Positions 41,824 through 52,178 of a stretch of DNA of 64,000 nucleotides are shown in pieces (position 1 is the first letter of the stretch; the number at the start of each line of letters is the position of its first letter). This stretch comes from Candidatus Poribacteria bacterium (GTDB taxonomy: Bacteria; Poribacteria; WGA-4E; WGA-3G): positions 2,496,001 to 2,560,000 of the forward strand of contig OZ240248.1 of the NCBI GenBank assembly GCA_965198235.1, given 5' to 3'. The position numbers were made by a program, and so were the translations under genes. The notes under the pieces are model-generated. The model did not search any database and was not told where the DNA came from. It was given only the letters and a program-made list of their open reading frames with translations.

Positions 41824-42627
41824 TTAATACTGCTGTTTAACACTCGCCCAGGTTGTGGAGAGTTTATCCTCGGGTTCAACGGGTGTCAGAAGCAACGCCG
41901 AAAGCCCTTTATCCATCATCATTTTGATCTCGCCAGCACTCAGTGCGATGTTGAAAATGGCGACTTCATCAATGACCGCATCGCCGAATCTACCGTCACA
42001 ACAGGTGTCTCTCCCGATAAAAAGTTCTCCATCGTCGGCATCAATCGGATTGGTATTGATTGTCATTGTGCTTTCTACCACACCATCGATATAGATGTTC
42101 CACTCACCCGTTGCGCTGTCAAAGGTGGTGGTATAGAGATGCCAATCGGTGAGGTCACCCGGTCCGACTTCGCCGTCGCGCCAGCCGCCAGGCTTGTTCC
42201 AGCATCCACCGTTACAAATGGGCCACGAAACGTTTTTTGTTCCTTGGTTAGGGTGGATGATATACGCATTCCGTTTTTCAACCATCCAGCCGTGCTGATT
42301 CCAGTTATCTGTCATGCTTTTAACCCAGATTGAGACGGTGATAGCATCAGTCGGATTCACGTGTGCAGGAACTTCAACGTAAGCGTCTGAGCCATTGAGT
42401 TCTAACCCCGAACCAAATACTCCGCTAACCCACGTCGGGTTACCTACCACCGCTGCATCAAGTGCGCTATCTGAGGAATCTGCGGCAACGTCCCCGCTAC
42501 CTTCATCGAACAGCCAGAGGCCTGTCAACGTCCTCATCTCAAGTTGCGCGAGCGCAGGGCTACCCGGTAGACAGACACTCAACATTAGGCTGAGTCCTAC
42601 AAAGGTTAATCGCGTCATAAATTTCAT
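41824..42627 (-). CDS. Secreted LamG-like jellyroll protein
   Basis: LWLFDEGSG and IDEVAIFN; tail DKLSTTWASVK. Confidence 0.88.
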   Translation of the reverse strand: MKFMTRLTFVGLSLMLSVCLPGSPALAQLEMRTLTGLWLFDEGSGDVAADSSDSALDAAVVGNPTWVSGVFGSGLELNGSDAYVEVPAHVNPTDAITVSIWVKSMTDNWNQHGWMVEKRNAYIIHPNQGTKNVSWPICNGGCWNKPGGWRDGEVGPGDLTDWHLYTTTFDSATGEWNIYIDGVVESTMTINTNPIDADDGELFIGRDTCCDGRFGDAVIDEVAIFNIALSAGEIKMMMDKGLSALLLTPVEPEDKLSTTWASVKQQY

Positions 42628-42840
42628 AGAAATCTCCTAATCTATTTAGATGTTTGCGTCTGGACAAATCGTGTTTGATAGGTTTGTGAAACTTTTTCAC
42701 ACTACGTCTAATTATTATGCCATGAATATTGAACGGGTGTCAATCCAAATTTTCAAGGAGTAAGACCACTCGCCACATCGCCGTTTCTTCTATACAAATG
42801 TCAGCAAAACTGGAAACTGAACGTGCCCTATACTTTTCGA

Positions 42841-42870
42841 TTGACACGAATTATTAAGTCGTGGTATTAT
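42841..42870 (+). promoter_or_regulatory. Sigma70 promoter
   Basis: TTGACA-18 nt-TATTAT with extended -10 TG. Confidence 0.65.
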
Positions 42871-43032
42871 ATTAGACATAGAATGAAGCGCGTAAGTTTC
42901 AGTTCACGGTTCTTGAACAGTCCATGGGGCACTACCTAAAACGAAGGGCGCTGATTGCAAGCCCATCTCAAGATGTAAGGAGGATGGCGTTCATTCCACT
43001 CAAAAGGGTGGGTTTCGACGCTGTGAAATTTG

Positions 43033-44922
43033 ATGAAACTGAGAAAGCAAATCTTATCTATTCTGGTAGTTATGCTACTGCTTGCCGCAGTGCCGTTCGC
43101 GCTTGCACAAAAAGCATGGGTGACGGTGAGCGAATCCAAGTGGCAAGCTACCTTTTCCGATGTCTTTTTTGTAGACGCACAGCATGGATGGATTGTCGGT
43201 AGCAATTCAACCATTTTGCATACCATCGATGGTGGTGCAACATGGAACAGGCAACCGAGTCAACCGCTACCATTTGATAATCTTGAGTTAAAGAAAGTCC
43301 GCTTTATCGACCCACAGGTTGGCTGGGTCGTCGGTGACAATGGCACAATATTGAAGACGACAGATGGCGGACAGACTTGGATGAAAAAAAATACAGGTAC
43401 CCGCACCGCACTATTGGCTGTTTCTTTTCCTGATGATAAACACGGCTGGGCAAGCGGAGACGGAGGCCTCATCATCGGCACGAAAAACGGTGGCACAACC
43501 TGGACGAAACAGCAACTGGACACCAACAATACGATTGAAGGAATCGACTTTGTGAGTGCAATGGTCGGTTGGGCGGCGGGCGGCGGTGGAACCCTCCTCC
43601 ATACCAAAGATGGGGGGCAGACATGGAAATTCCAGACCAGTGCCACAGTCAACACACTCGATGCTATTTCCATGTTAAATGACAAAGTAGGCTGGGCCGT
43701 TGGTGCCGGGGGTGCTATCGTTGCAACGGTTGACGGTGCCGAGTGGGTCGTTCAAGAGAGTAAAGTCCCCAATTCTAACGGTATGCCTGAGCCTGTTTGG
43801 GATGTCCATTTTGCCGATGGAAAAGTGGGCATTGCTGCCGCCGAATTCGGGGTAATTCTTCGGACAACGGATGGCGGCATGACCTGGGGACCGCTTGAAC
43901 CGCGACCCGTTGCGTCTCGTCTACAAGGTGTCCACATGCTCAGCCCAACCGAAGCATGGATGGTCGGAAACGACGCAACTATCCTGCACACAACCGATGG
44001 CGGAGACACTTGGGATATCGTTTCCAGTTCAAGCCATTTACGCAGTGCTTATTTCCATGACGACAAACTCGGTTGGGCGGTCGGTTTGTCAGGGAGCGTT
44101 TTGCACACCAACGATGGCGGCGAAACGTGGCAACCTCAGCTGAGCGGTAACGTCTTTGAACTCTTCGGAGTCGGGTTTGTGGATGAGAACAGGGGTTATA
44201 TCGTCGGAAGCAACGCCGCTTTAGCCGAAACACTTGATGGTGGGAAAACGTGGCATGGGGTTAGCGATCCAGGCGATGAAGGCCACGGCACTGCCCAGCG
44301 AATCCAATTTGAAGGCATAATGAGTTGGCGGAGTGCTATGGGATCCTATGGCATGAGTTTTGGTACCCCAACACACGCTTGGGCAGTCGGAGAAACCGGA
44401 AGGGTTATGCACACTAACGACGCAGGACAAACATGGTTGGGACAAGACATAGATCCCATGATGACAGGCGCAGGCTTTAACAACCTCTATGGTGTCCACT
44501 TCATAAATGAAAGGGTCGGTTGGATAGTTGGTGATGCTGGAACTATCGCAAAGACGATGGATGCCGGGCTAAGTTGGACACCTATCTTGCAAGGACCGAA
44601 ATTGAATGATGTCTATGCCATCGACGAGCAGACCGCCTGGATCGCTGGCGACCAAGGTGCCATCATGGCAACCACGGATGGTGGCGCAACATGGGTCGAT
44701 CAGACAGTCCCAACGGATGCTAACCTGAATACTATTCTGTTCCGAGATGCCAACGAAGGCTGGGCAGCCGGAAACAATGGAACGATTCTTTACACCTCTG
44801 ATGGCGGTGTTACTTGGTTGATGCAAGAATCACCTACGATGAGCCATCTATGGGATCTCGTCCAAACGCCAAGTGGTCAGATCTGGGCAGTTGGCGATTC
44901 TACAACTATTGTCCGCTATTAG
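43033..44922 (+). CDS. YCF48-like BNR-repeat beta-propeller protein, secreted
   Basis: About 13 repeats of GW.VG..G.IL.T.DGG.TW. Confidence 0.9.
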   Translation: MKLRKQILSILVVMLLLAAVPFALAQKAWVTVSESKWQATFSDVFFVDAQHGWIVGSNSTILHTIDGGATWNRQPSQPLPFDNLELKKVRFIDPQVGWVVGDNGTILKTTDGGQTWMKKNTGTRTALLAVSFPDDKHGWASGDGGLIIGTKNGGTTWTKQQLDTNNTIEGIDFVSAMVGWAAGGGGTLLHTKDGGQTWKFQTSATVNTLDAISMLNDKVGWAVGAGGAIVATVDGAEWVVQESKVPNSNGMPEPVWDVHFADGKVGIAAAEFGVILRTTDGGMTWGPLEPRPVASRLQGVHMLSPTEAWMVGNDATILHTTDGGDTWDIVSSSSHLRSAYFHDDKLGWAVGLSGSVLHTNDGGETWQPQLSGNVFELFGVGFVDENRGYIVGSNAALAETLDGGKTWHGVSDPGDEGHGTAQRIQFEGIMSWRSAMGSYGMSFGTPTHAWAVGETGRVMHTNDAGQTWLGQDIDPMMTGAGFNNLYGVHFINERVGWIVGDAGTIAKTMDAGLSWTPILQGPKLNDVYAIDEQTAWIAGDQGAIMATTDGGATWVDQTVPTDANLNTILFRDANEGWAAGNNGTILYTSDGGVTWLMQESPTMSHLWDLVQTPSGQIWAVGDSTTIVRY

Positions 44923-45040
44923 ATACTGTTTACATAACGTGGTGGGCGGGTCCTATACCCGCCTACTTTCATGATTTCATTAGTAGAGACGTGTTTTCGT
45001 AAATGCCCGTCTTTAACTAATATTGGAGGACGCAACCGCA

Positions 45041-46441
45041 ATGAATACATTACGGTTCTGCCACTTCGTATGTGTTGGAACCTTTCTATTCCTTCTAATT
45101 AATCTCTCTGTTGTAGCACAAGAACCACAGGTTTTGACATTAGAGGAAAGTATTGAGATTGCCGAACAGAGCAATCTTACCCTTCAGACTGCTGAGCAGA
45201 ACCTCAAAACTGCCGAGGCACAAGTTCGCGCAACACGCGCCGGACTCTTGCCAAGAATAACAGCCAGTGGTAATTACACCTATTTTAAAGATATACAAAA
45301 ATCGGTAATTCAAGCCGAGGGCGGGTTTGGGTTTCCAATGCCGGACAGAGAAATGGATGGTCCGGTGCCACCCAGCGCGGATAACGAATCCGACCTGATT
45401 GAGTTGGAATTCGGTGCCCATCACAACGTTCAAGGCACGGTCAGTTTAACACAACCTATCTTCGCCTGGGGACGCTATTATTACGGTTATCAAACCGCAA
45501 CACTCAACTATCAAGCAATACAACGTGATGTTGATGCCGCTTATAATCAACTCCGCTTAGATGTGTCCGAAGCGTTCTATGGTGCGTTGGTCGCGCAAGA
45601 CTTTGTAAGAGTCGCCCAACAAAGTGTTTCCTTGGTTGAAGAGCAACTCACAATCGCAGAGGCATCGCTTAATGCGGGTGCTGCAACCAATTTCGATGTA
45701 CTTCGTGCCAAGGTCCAACTCGCAAATGCCGAATCGCAACTCATTCGCGCCCAGAATGGTGTCCAAACTGCCAAGGATGCCTATAAAACGGTGCTGAACA
45801 TACCCCTCTCTGAAAACATATCAGTTAAAGGAACACTTGAAGTTCCAGAGAACCATAAAATACCGGCGTTAAACCTCGCAGCACTCGTCCAACAGGCACT
45901 TGAAAATCGTCCCGAAATGCATCGCACACAATTTACTGAACATGCTGCCCGTAAACAGATTGATGTCGCCAAGACGCTGAGCCGTCCAGATCTCGGCTTC
46001 TTCAGTAACTATCAAATTTCACAAAATGAAAGACTAACCGAAATGAATAGAATTTGGAGCCTCGGGGTCCAAATCAATATTCCGATTTTCGATGGATTTG
46101 CGACGCGCGCAGCCGTGCAACAAAGCGAGTCTGCTCTAAAGCAGGTCCAGTTGGGCGGGACGCAAATGAAAGTCGGAGTTGAATTTGAGGTGCGTGCTGC
46201 GTATCTCAATCTCCGTGGGGCAGAAGCGATCATTGGGGTCCAGCGCGAGGCAGTCGCCCAAGCGCTCGAGAGTGTACGTATCGCGAATCTCCAATTTCAG
46301 AACGGGATAATTACCACGGTCGCATTGACTGACACACAACTCGCACTGGCACAGGCAGAAGTTAACCGTCTTCAGGCATATCACGATTACATTGTCGGCT
46401 TAGCAAGGCTCGAAAAAGCGATAGGACAAAAACTACAATAA
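45041..46441 (+). CDS. TolC family outer membrane protein
   Basis: LTLEESIEIA, two OEP repeats and ARLEKAIG. Confidence 0.9.
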   Translation: MNTLRFCHFVCVGTFLFLLINLSVVAQEPQVLTLEESIEIAEQSNLTLQTAEQNLKTAEAQVRATRAGLLPRITASGNYTYFKDIQKSVIQAEGGFGFPMPDREMDGPVPPSADNESDLIELEFGAHHNVQGTVSLTQPIFAWGRYYYGYQTATLNYQAIQRDVDAAYNQLRLDVSEAFYGALVAQDFVRVAQQSVSLVEEQLTIAEASLNAGAATNFDVLRAKVQLANAESQLIRAQNGVQTAKDAYKTVLNIPLSENISVKGTLEVPENHKIPALNLAALVQQALENRPEMHRTQFTEHAARKQIDVAKTLSRPDLGFFSNYQISQNERLTEMNRIWSLGVQINIPIFDGFATRAAVQQSESALKQVQLGGTQMKVGVEFEVRAAYLNLRGAEAIIGVQREAVAQALESVRIANLQFQNGIITTVALTDTQLALAQAEVNRLQAYHDYIVGLARLEKAIGQKLQ

Positions 46442-46483
46442 ACAGAAAATTCTTAACGATGTCGGTTAAAAGGAGAAAAAGAA

Positions 46484-48091
46484 TTGAAGAAAGTATTGAT
46501 TGGCATTCTCATAATATTAGCAATAGCCGTGGTTATTAGCCTGCCGCGGTTTCTAAAACCGGAAAAATCCACAATCCAGCAAGCACAAGCCACAGTCCTT
46601 AAGCCGGTGGAAATTGCAAAGGCAACACGCGGAGAGATTCGTTCAGAACTCGAATTATCCGGCACTATTCAAGCGGAATCACAAGTCAGCGTCTTTCCCA
46701 AAGTAGCCGGTCGTCTCGTTATCTTAAACGTAGATGAGGGGCACAGTGTAGAGAAAGAGGCATCTCTTGCTGTTGTGGAGCATGAGGAACTCAAACTCGC
46801 GGTGCAACAGGCAGAAGCGGCGCTGGAAGCGGCGGAAACCGCTTATGCCCAGACAAAACAGCTCGCAAAAGTGCGTGTACACTCGCAGATTGCCCAGGCA
46901 AGGGCGCAGTTCCGCTCCGCAGAGATCGCACGACAACAAGTAGTCGACCTCTCTGAAATCCGAGCAGTCACACAAATAGAGCAGGCACAAGCCGCATTGG
47001 AGTCTCTTGTTGCAAATCTCCAGAAAATTAAAAGCGGTGCTCGCGATGAAGACCGGCGACAAGCGCAGGCAGGACTGAGTCAAGCCGACGCGAACCTTAC
47101 GAATGCCAGAAGCAATCACGAACGCATGGTGGAGCTCTTCCAAAATGGCGCGATTAGCCAGCAATCTCTTGAAGGTGCGAAGACGCAGTTAGATATTGCC
47201 GTTGCCCAACATAGAATAGCTTCTGAACAACTTCAACTTATCAATAACGGCGCGCGTGCTGAGGATATTCAAGCCATGGAGGCACAAGTTGAGCAGGCGG
47301 AAGCCTCCTTACGACTCGCACAGACCCAAGCCGCTACGAGGACATGGGAGAAAGACATTGAACTTGCGGATTTCCAAGTCGAAACTGCACGTGCTGTACT
47401 CACCTCCGCGGAAGCCTTAAAGACTGCCAAAAGTTGGGAAGCCGAAATTACGTCCGCGAAAACCGCACGCACGCAGGCACACATTGCTCTTAAGCTCGCT
47501 CAAAAACGTCTGAACGATGCCACAATTCACGCTCCGATTTCCGGGGTCGTCTCCAGACGCTACTTGGATTTAGGGGGCATGGCACTTCCTGCATCACCGC
47601 TTTTTGAGATCGTTAATATTGATACCGTTAAAGCCACCGTTGAGGTTATTGAAGTCCAGTTGAGCCAATTGGCACTCAATCAACAGGCGTCCATAGAGAT
47701 TGATGGCATAGATGCCCAGATGTCCGGTAGTGTTGCTTTTATTAGTCCAACTTTAATGCCGGCGCGTCGCACAGCTACCGTTGAAGTCCGCATTGACAAC
47801 CCACACGGAACTCTTAAACCGGGGATGTTCGCGAAAGTTACCATTCCTATCGAAGTACATACAGATGCAATTCTCATCTCGCGTGCCTCACTCATTGAGG
47901 GTGCTGACGCAAAGACGCAGAACGTTTTCGTCATTGAGGATGGGGTAAGCCAGCGTCGTGTTGTGGAAATAGGCCTTTTGCGGGGTGGTGAAGCTGAAGT
48001 CCTTAGCGGACTTACCGAAGGCGAAGCAGTTGTCACTGCTGGACAACATTCTCTAAAACAGGGGGAAAGTGTTCGGATCGTTAATCCGTAG
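46484..48091 (+). CDS. Efflux RND periplasmic adaptor (MFP) with long helical insert
   Basis: Lipoyl halves VAGRL..VDEG and IHAPISG; LKPGMFA; GLTEGEAVV. Confidence 0.9.
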   Translation: MKKVLIGILIILAIAVVISLPRFLKPEKSTIQQAQATVLKPVEIAKATRGEIRSELELSGTIQAESQVSVFPKVAGRLVILNVDEGHSVEKEASLAVVEHEELKLAVQQAEAALEAAETAYAQTKQLAKVRVHSQIAQARAQFRSAEIARQQVVDLSEIRAVTQIEQAQAALESLVANLQKIKSGARDEDRRQAQAGLSQADANLTNARSNHERMVELFQNGAISQQSLEGAKTQLDIAVAQHRIASEQLQLINNGARAEDIQAMEAQVEQAEASLRLAQTQAATRTWEKDIELADFQVETARAVLTSAEALKTAKSWEAEITSAKTARTQAHIALKLAQKRLNDATIHAPISGVVSRRYLDLGGMALPASPLFEIVNIDTVKATVEVIEVQLSQLALNQQASIEIDGIDAQMSGSVAFISPTLMPARRTATVEVRIDNPHGTLKPGMFAKVTIPIEVHTDAILISRASLIEGADAKTQNVFVIEDGVSQRRVVEIGLLRGGEAEVLSGLTEGEAVVTAGQHSLKQGESVRIVNP

Positions 48092-48350
48092 ATGTTTTTA
48101 TAGTGCTGCTACGCTATTGATGGAATAGAGAGGTTTTGTAGGTGTTGTTTGAAAAAAGGCTTGATAAATTAAGGGGATAGATGTAACATGGTGTCGCAAC
48201 ACTTATTATCCTCATGAAACTGAGGATGTTTTAGAGCAGTACCGTGTCAAGGAAAATTGGGTGAGACCCGTTTAAGCGCATTTTCCGTTCTGAGTTCGAG
48301 AAAGGGGTTGCCAACGACGTTCATACAATGAAGTCTGGTTGGGAAGGCAA

Positions 48351-49865
48351 ATGAAAGTTGAACAACTCCACGGTCCCAGAGTGAAATCCTTTCAGGTCCT
48401 TGAGTTGGAGTATCTTTTGCAGGAGGATTCTCCTGAACTCTTCTTTTCGTTTGGCTTACAAAAGGGTGGACATGTGATTGTCACCCGTGCGCCTGCAAGA
48501 CTTGACATTATGGGCGGTATCGCTGATTACTGCGGCGCGAATGTTTTTGAAATGACCCTCAACCGCACCGCAATCGCCGCGTGCCAAGCGAGGGAAGGTA
48601 GAAACCTCTGTGCCATCACGCTCCACGCGGGAAGTCAATTCAAACCCAACTTTCATCTCTCGCTTGATAGTTTCTATACGAATGGCACTCTCAAAACGTA
48701 TTCACAGATTCGGGAACGTTTCAGCCAAGAAACGGGAGCCGAGTGGACGGGGTATATCCTTGGGGCTTTTTATGTCCTCCTCAAAGAGGGGAAGATCGAT
48801 CAATTTCCGCACGGTGCTACGATAGTTATCAAAAGCGATATTCCGATCGGTGGTGGCGTAGCTTCCTCTGCCGCTATTGAAGTTGCTACACTGATGGCGA
48901 TCAACCGACTCTATGATTTAGAATTAGGCGCGATGGAGATAGCGCGCCTCGCACAAATCGTTGAAAATAGAATCGTTGGTGCCCCTTGTGGGATTATGGA
49001 TCAGGTGACTGCTGCCGCTGGCACGTCAACAAAGATTCTCTCAATTCTTTGTCAACCGGACAAAATTCTCGAATTCGTTTCATGTCCATTAAACGTGAGT
49101 TTTGTCGGTATCTATACGAAGGTCCGCAGAAGCACGACGAGCACTGCCTATATTGACACACGCGCTGGGGCCTTTATGGGATTAACTATCCTCAAAGCGG
49201 CGTTTTCATCAGAAGCGGGTCTCGATTCCGAGGGAAGCGGCATCGCTCGAAAAATATCCGAGGCGTTAGTAGATAACTACCTGTGCAACCTTTCTGTACA
49301 GGATTTTCGCGAGCAGTGTGAACACTTGTTGCCTGAGCAGATGCACGGTGCTGAGTTTCTTGACAAGTACGGCGAAACAGTTGATACCGCTACACAGGTT
49401 GACCCGGAGAAGTTATATTCTATTAGGAGTCGGGTACAACACGCAATTTACGAAAATGCACGTGTCAGACGATTTATTGCTGCTATAAAAAACGCCGATA
49501 AAGATTCTGAGCGTATCCAAGACTACCTTAGCGAAGCAGGTAATCTCATGTACGAATCCAATGCGAGTTACCGCGATCTGGCAGGACTCGGTTCCCGTGA
49601 AGTTGATGGACTTGTGAACATCGCTCGGAAGATTGGAGAACAGGGGGGTATCTACGGTGCCAAAATTACCGGTGGTGGCGGGGGCGGCACTGTTGCCTTG
49701 CTATGCCATGGGAATGTGGAAAATTCGCTGACACAAATTCTCGCGGCTTACAAACTGGCTTGGGGAATCGATGGAGAACTTATCCGAGGGAACGGTGCTG
49801 GTGCGCTTGAATTTGGTCATATCCTTTGGGAGTTGAAAGAACTTGAACCGCCTACACATTTTTAG
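48351..49865 (+). CDS. GHMP kinase (galactokinase/arabinokinase-like)
   Basis: APARLDIMGGIADY, PIGGGVASSAA, CGIMDQ and GAKITGGGGGG. Confidence 0.85.
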   Translation: MKVEQLHGPRVKSFQVLELEYLLQEDSPELFFSFGLQKGGHVIVTRAPARLDIMGGIADYCGANVFEMTLNRTAIAACQAREGRNLCAITLHAGSQFKPNFHLSLDSFYTNGTLKTYSQIRERFSQETGAEWTGYILGAFYVLLKEGKIDQFPHGATIVIKSDIPIGGGVASSAAIEVATLMAINRLYDLELGAMEIARLAQIVENRIVGAPCGIMDQVTAAAGTSTKILSILCQPDKILEFVSCPLNVSFVGIYTKVRRSTTSTAYIDTRAGAFMGLTILKAAFSSEAGLDSEGSGIARKISEALVDNYLCNLSVQDFREQCEHLLPEQMHGAEFLDKYGETVDTATQVDPEKLYSIRSRVQHAIYENARVRRFIAAIKNADKDSERIQDYLSEAGNLMYESNASYRDLAGLGSREVDGLVNIARKIGEQGGIYGAKITGGGGGGTVALLCHGNVENSLTQILAAYKLAWGIDGELIRGNGAGALEFGHILWELKELEPPTHF

Positions 49866-50028
49866 CGATTTTTTAACGATTGAAACGGGCGCGGTAACCT
49901 TGGGGAAACGCCCAAGCAAAAACCCCCTACGACAATAAACTTTTCACAACCCAAAGAGGGATAGACTTAACCGGAAACCACCGCGAAACGAAGTAGAGCG
50001 GTGCCCAGAGTTAATAATTTAAAAAACT

Positions 50029-51990
50029 GTGCAAAACCTTGACGAACAAAACCGGCGCCGTGAGCCTGGTGTTACATGGCGTGCCATCCTTATTGCCATC
50101 TTCTTAATTCCCCCTAACGTCTTTTGGGTCATCGAAGTTGAGTGTGTCTGGCACTCTGGGCATCCAACGACCATCTCTCTCTTTTGGAATGTCGTTCTCA
50201 ACATCTTTTTTCTGATCTTGATAAACCTTTTTCTGAAGCGTGTCGCCCCGCGATCCGCGCTAACACAGGGCGAGATGATTACCATTTACGCGATGCTTTC
50301 TATCGCCTCTGGTTTGGCTGGTCATGATACCTTAGCCCTGACAATTCCGGCACTCCCCCATGCATTCTGGTTTGCAACAATTGAGAACGATTGGACGGAT
50401 ATGTTCCACAATTATATTCCGCAACATCTCGTTGTTGCAGATAGGGAAATTATCCGTGGGTTTTATGAGGGCAACACCCCATTTTACAACGCTAAAATTG
50501 GCGGGGCATGGATAAAGCCGACCTTGTGGTGGACATCGTTGGTTATCGCCCTTGGTACCATCATGATCAGCATGAATGTGCTGATTCGGAAGCAGTGGAC
50601 AGAACACGAAAAACTGTCATACCCTATCATCCAACTCCCGATGGCAATTACAGAGGGTGGGGGTGCTGCACAACTTTTCCGAAATCGTGTTCTATGGTAC
50701 GGGTTCATTATCGCTGCACTGCTGAATGTTTGGCACGGCTTGGCGCACTTCTTTCCAGTCCTCCCGGATTTCAGTGTCCGCCATAACGCCCGTAATTGGG
50801 GGACAGTCTTCACCGAAAAACCGTGGAACGCTGTCGGGGGTATCCCTGTACCCTTCTACCCGTTTGTAATCGGCTTGGGATTCCTTTTGCCACTCGATCT
50901 CTCCTTCTCACTTTGGTTTTTCTATCTGTTTGAGAAAGCACAGCGGGTTTTCGGCAGCGCACTCGCAATCCCAGCCCCCTTTCCCTATAATAGCGAACAA
51001 TCGATTGGCGGTTGGATGGCGATCTTTGTCATCGCACTCCTCGTAACCCGAAGGCACATTGCAAACGTTGTACGCACCGTCTTGGGGATGCCAGGCGGTA
51101 TTGACGACTCGCAAGAGCCGATCCGCTACCGGACAGCACTCTTGCTCATTGTTGTTTCCAGTTTCTTTATTGTATGGTTCTGTCTGAAGGCGGGAATGAC
51201 GCTCCCAATTATTCTCCCTTTCTTCGCGTTCTTCTTTGCCATCTCGTTAGCGATTACGCGCGTCCGAGCGGAACTCGGCCCCCCTGCACATGAGATGGCA
51301 GGTATGTGTAACGCGCAACAGTTCTTAGTCAATATTCTGGGAACACGCCGCATTGGACCTAATAACCTGACCGTTTTCCCCTACTTCTGGTTTTTCAGCG
51401 GGCGCGGCTACCGCGAACATATCATGCCCCATCAACTTGAAGCCTTCAAGATGGCGGAACGGACAAATATGAACACGAAAAAGTTGGTTTTGGCGATGAT
51501 TATTGCTGTTGTTTTGGGGTCCCTCGCATCATTTTGGGCAACTCTTAGTGAACTTTATCGTCTCGGTGGTGCGATCACGGGGGCCGGCGGTGGCATTGGT
51601 CCGTCGGTCGGGCATATCGGTCAATTCGGTTGGCTTGCCGGTCTGTTCGCCTTCCCGCGCGACCCTGACATCCCTGCAATAACCTTCATGGCAGGCGGCA
51701 TGGGCTTCACTTTCTTCCTTATGGTCATGCGGATGCGTTTCATTTGGTGGCCCCTCCATCCAGCGGGCTATCCTATCTCCATGACGGGCGGCGTTGGCTA
51801 TTTTTGGAGTTGTCTCGTTATCAGTAGTTTTCTCAAATGGATGGCACTCCGATTCGGGGGACCGGGGACCTATCGAACGATGGTCTTTTTCTTTTTCGGG
51901 GTTATCCTTGGTGAATACTGTGTTGGGGCATTCTGGAGTGTTTTGAGTGTCATTATTCGTGAACCTATCTACGACTTCGCACCGGGTTAG
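50029..51990 (+). CDS. Polytopic membrane protein (DUF6785/DUF6784-like, putative transporter)
   Basis: Many TMs; RKQW.EHEKLSYP, RVRAELG and WWPLHPAGY. Confidence 0.75.
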   Translation: MQNLDEQNRRREPGVTWRAILIAIFLIPPNVFWVIEVECVWHSGHPTTISLFWNVVLNIFFLILINLFLKRVAPRSALTQGEMITIYAMLSIASGLAGHDTLALTIPALPHAFWFATIENDWTDMFHNYIPQHLVVADREIIRGFYEGNTPFYNAKIGGAWIKPTLWWTSLVIALGTIMISMNVLIRKQWTEHEKLSYPIIQLPMAITEGGGAAQLFRNRVLWYGFIIAALLNVWHGLAHFFPVLPDFSVRHNARNWGTVFTEKPWNAVGGIPVPFYPFVIGLGFLLPLDLSFSLWFFYLFEKAQRVFGSALAIPAPFPYNSEQSIGGWMAIFVIALLVTRRHIANVVRTVLGMPGGIDDSQEPIRYRTALLLIVVSSFFIVWFCLKAGMTLPIILPFFAFFFAISLAITRVRAELGPPAHEMAGMCNAQQFLVNILGTRRIGPNNLTVFPYFWFFSGRGYREHIMPHQLEAFKMAERTNMNTKKLVLAMIIAVVLGSLASFWATLSELYRLGGAITGAGGGIGPSVGHIGQFGWLAGLFAFPRDPDIPAITFMAGGMGFTFFLMVMRMRFIWWPLHPAGYPISMTGGVGYFWSCLVISSFLKWMALRFGGPGTYRTMVFFFFGVILGEYCVGAFWSVLSVIIREPIYDFAPG

Positions 51991-52136
51991 TTTTTTAATT
52001 TACCTTACGGTTAAACGACGAAGGGTCGAGATTTGACGGTTATCTATTACAAGTCGCCCTCCATTTCATTACGGGATAGGTTTTCGTTACTATCGGGAAT
52101 TGAAGTTCCCTCCTACGAAGTCCATATAGGCTGATC

Positions 52137-52173
52137 GGAAACCTGCGCGAAACGTAGTGGAGCGCAGTCCAGG
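52137..52173 (+). repeat. Dispersed hairpin repeat (other copies about 49973-50008, 19525-19558 minus, partial 11370-11400)
   Basis: GGAAAC-[6 bp stem]-GAAACGWAGTRGA-[stem]-CCAG. Confidence 0.6.
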
Positions 52174-52178
52174 ATCTC

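Noticed and set aside
42881-43012. c-di-GMP-II or fluoride riboswitch
   Set aside because: A GGGCAC is present but the GUGC pseudoknot partner and other consensus blocks are absent; kept only as an unknown leader.
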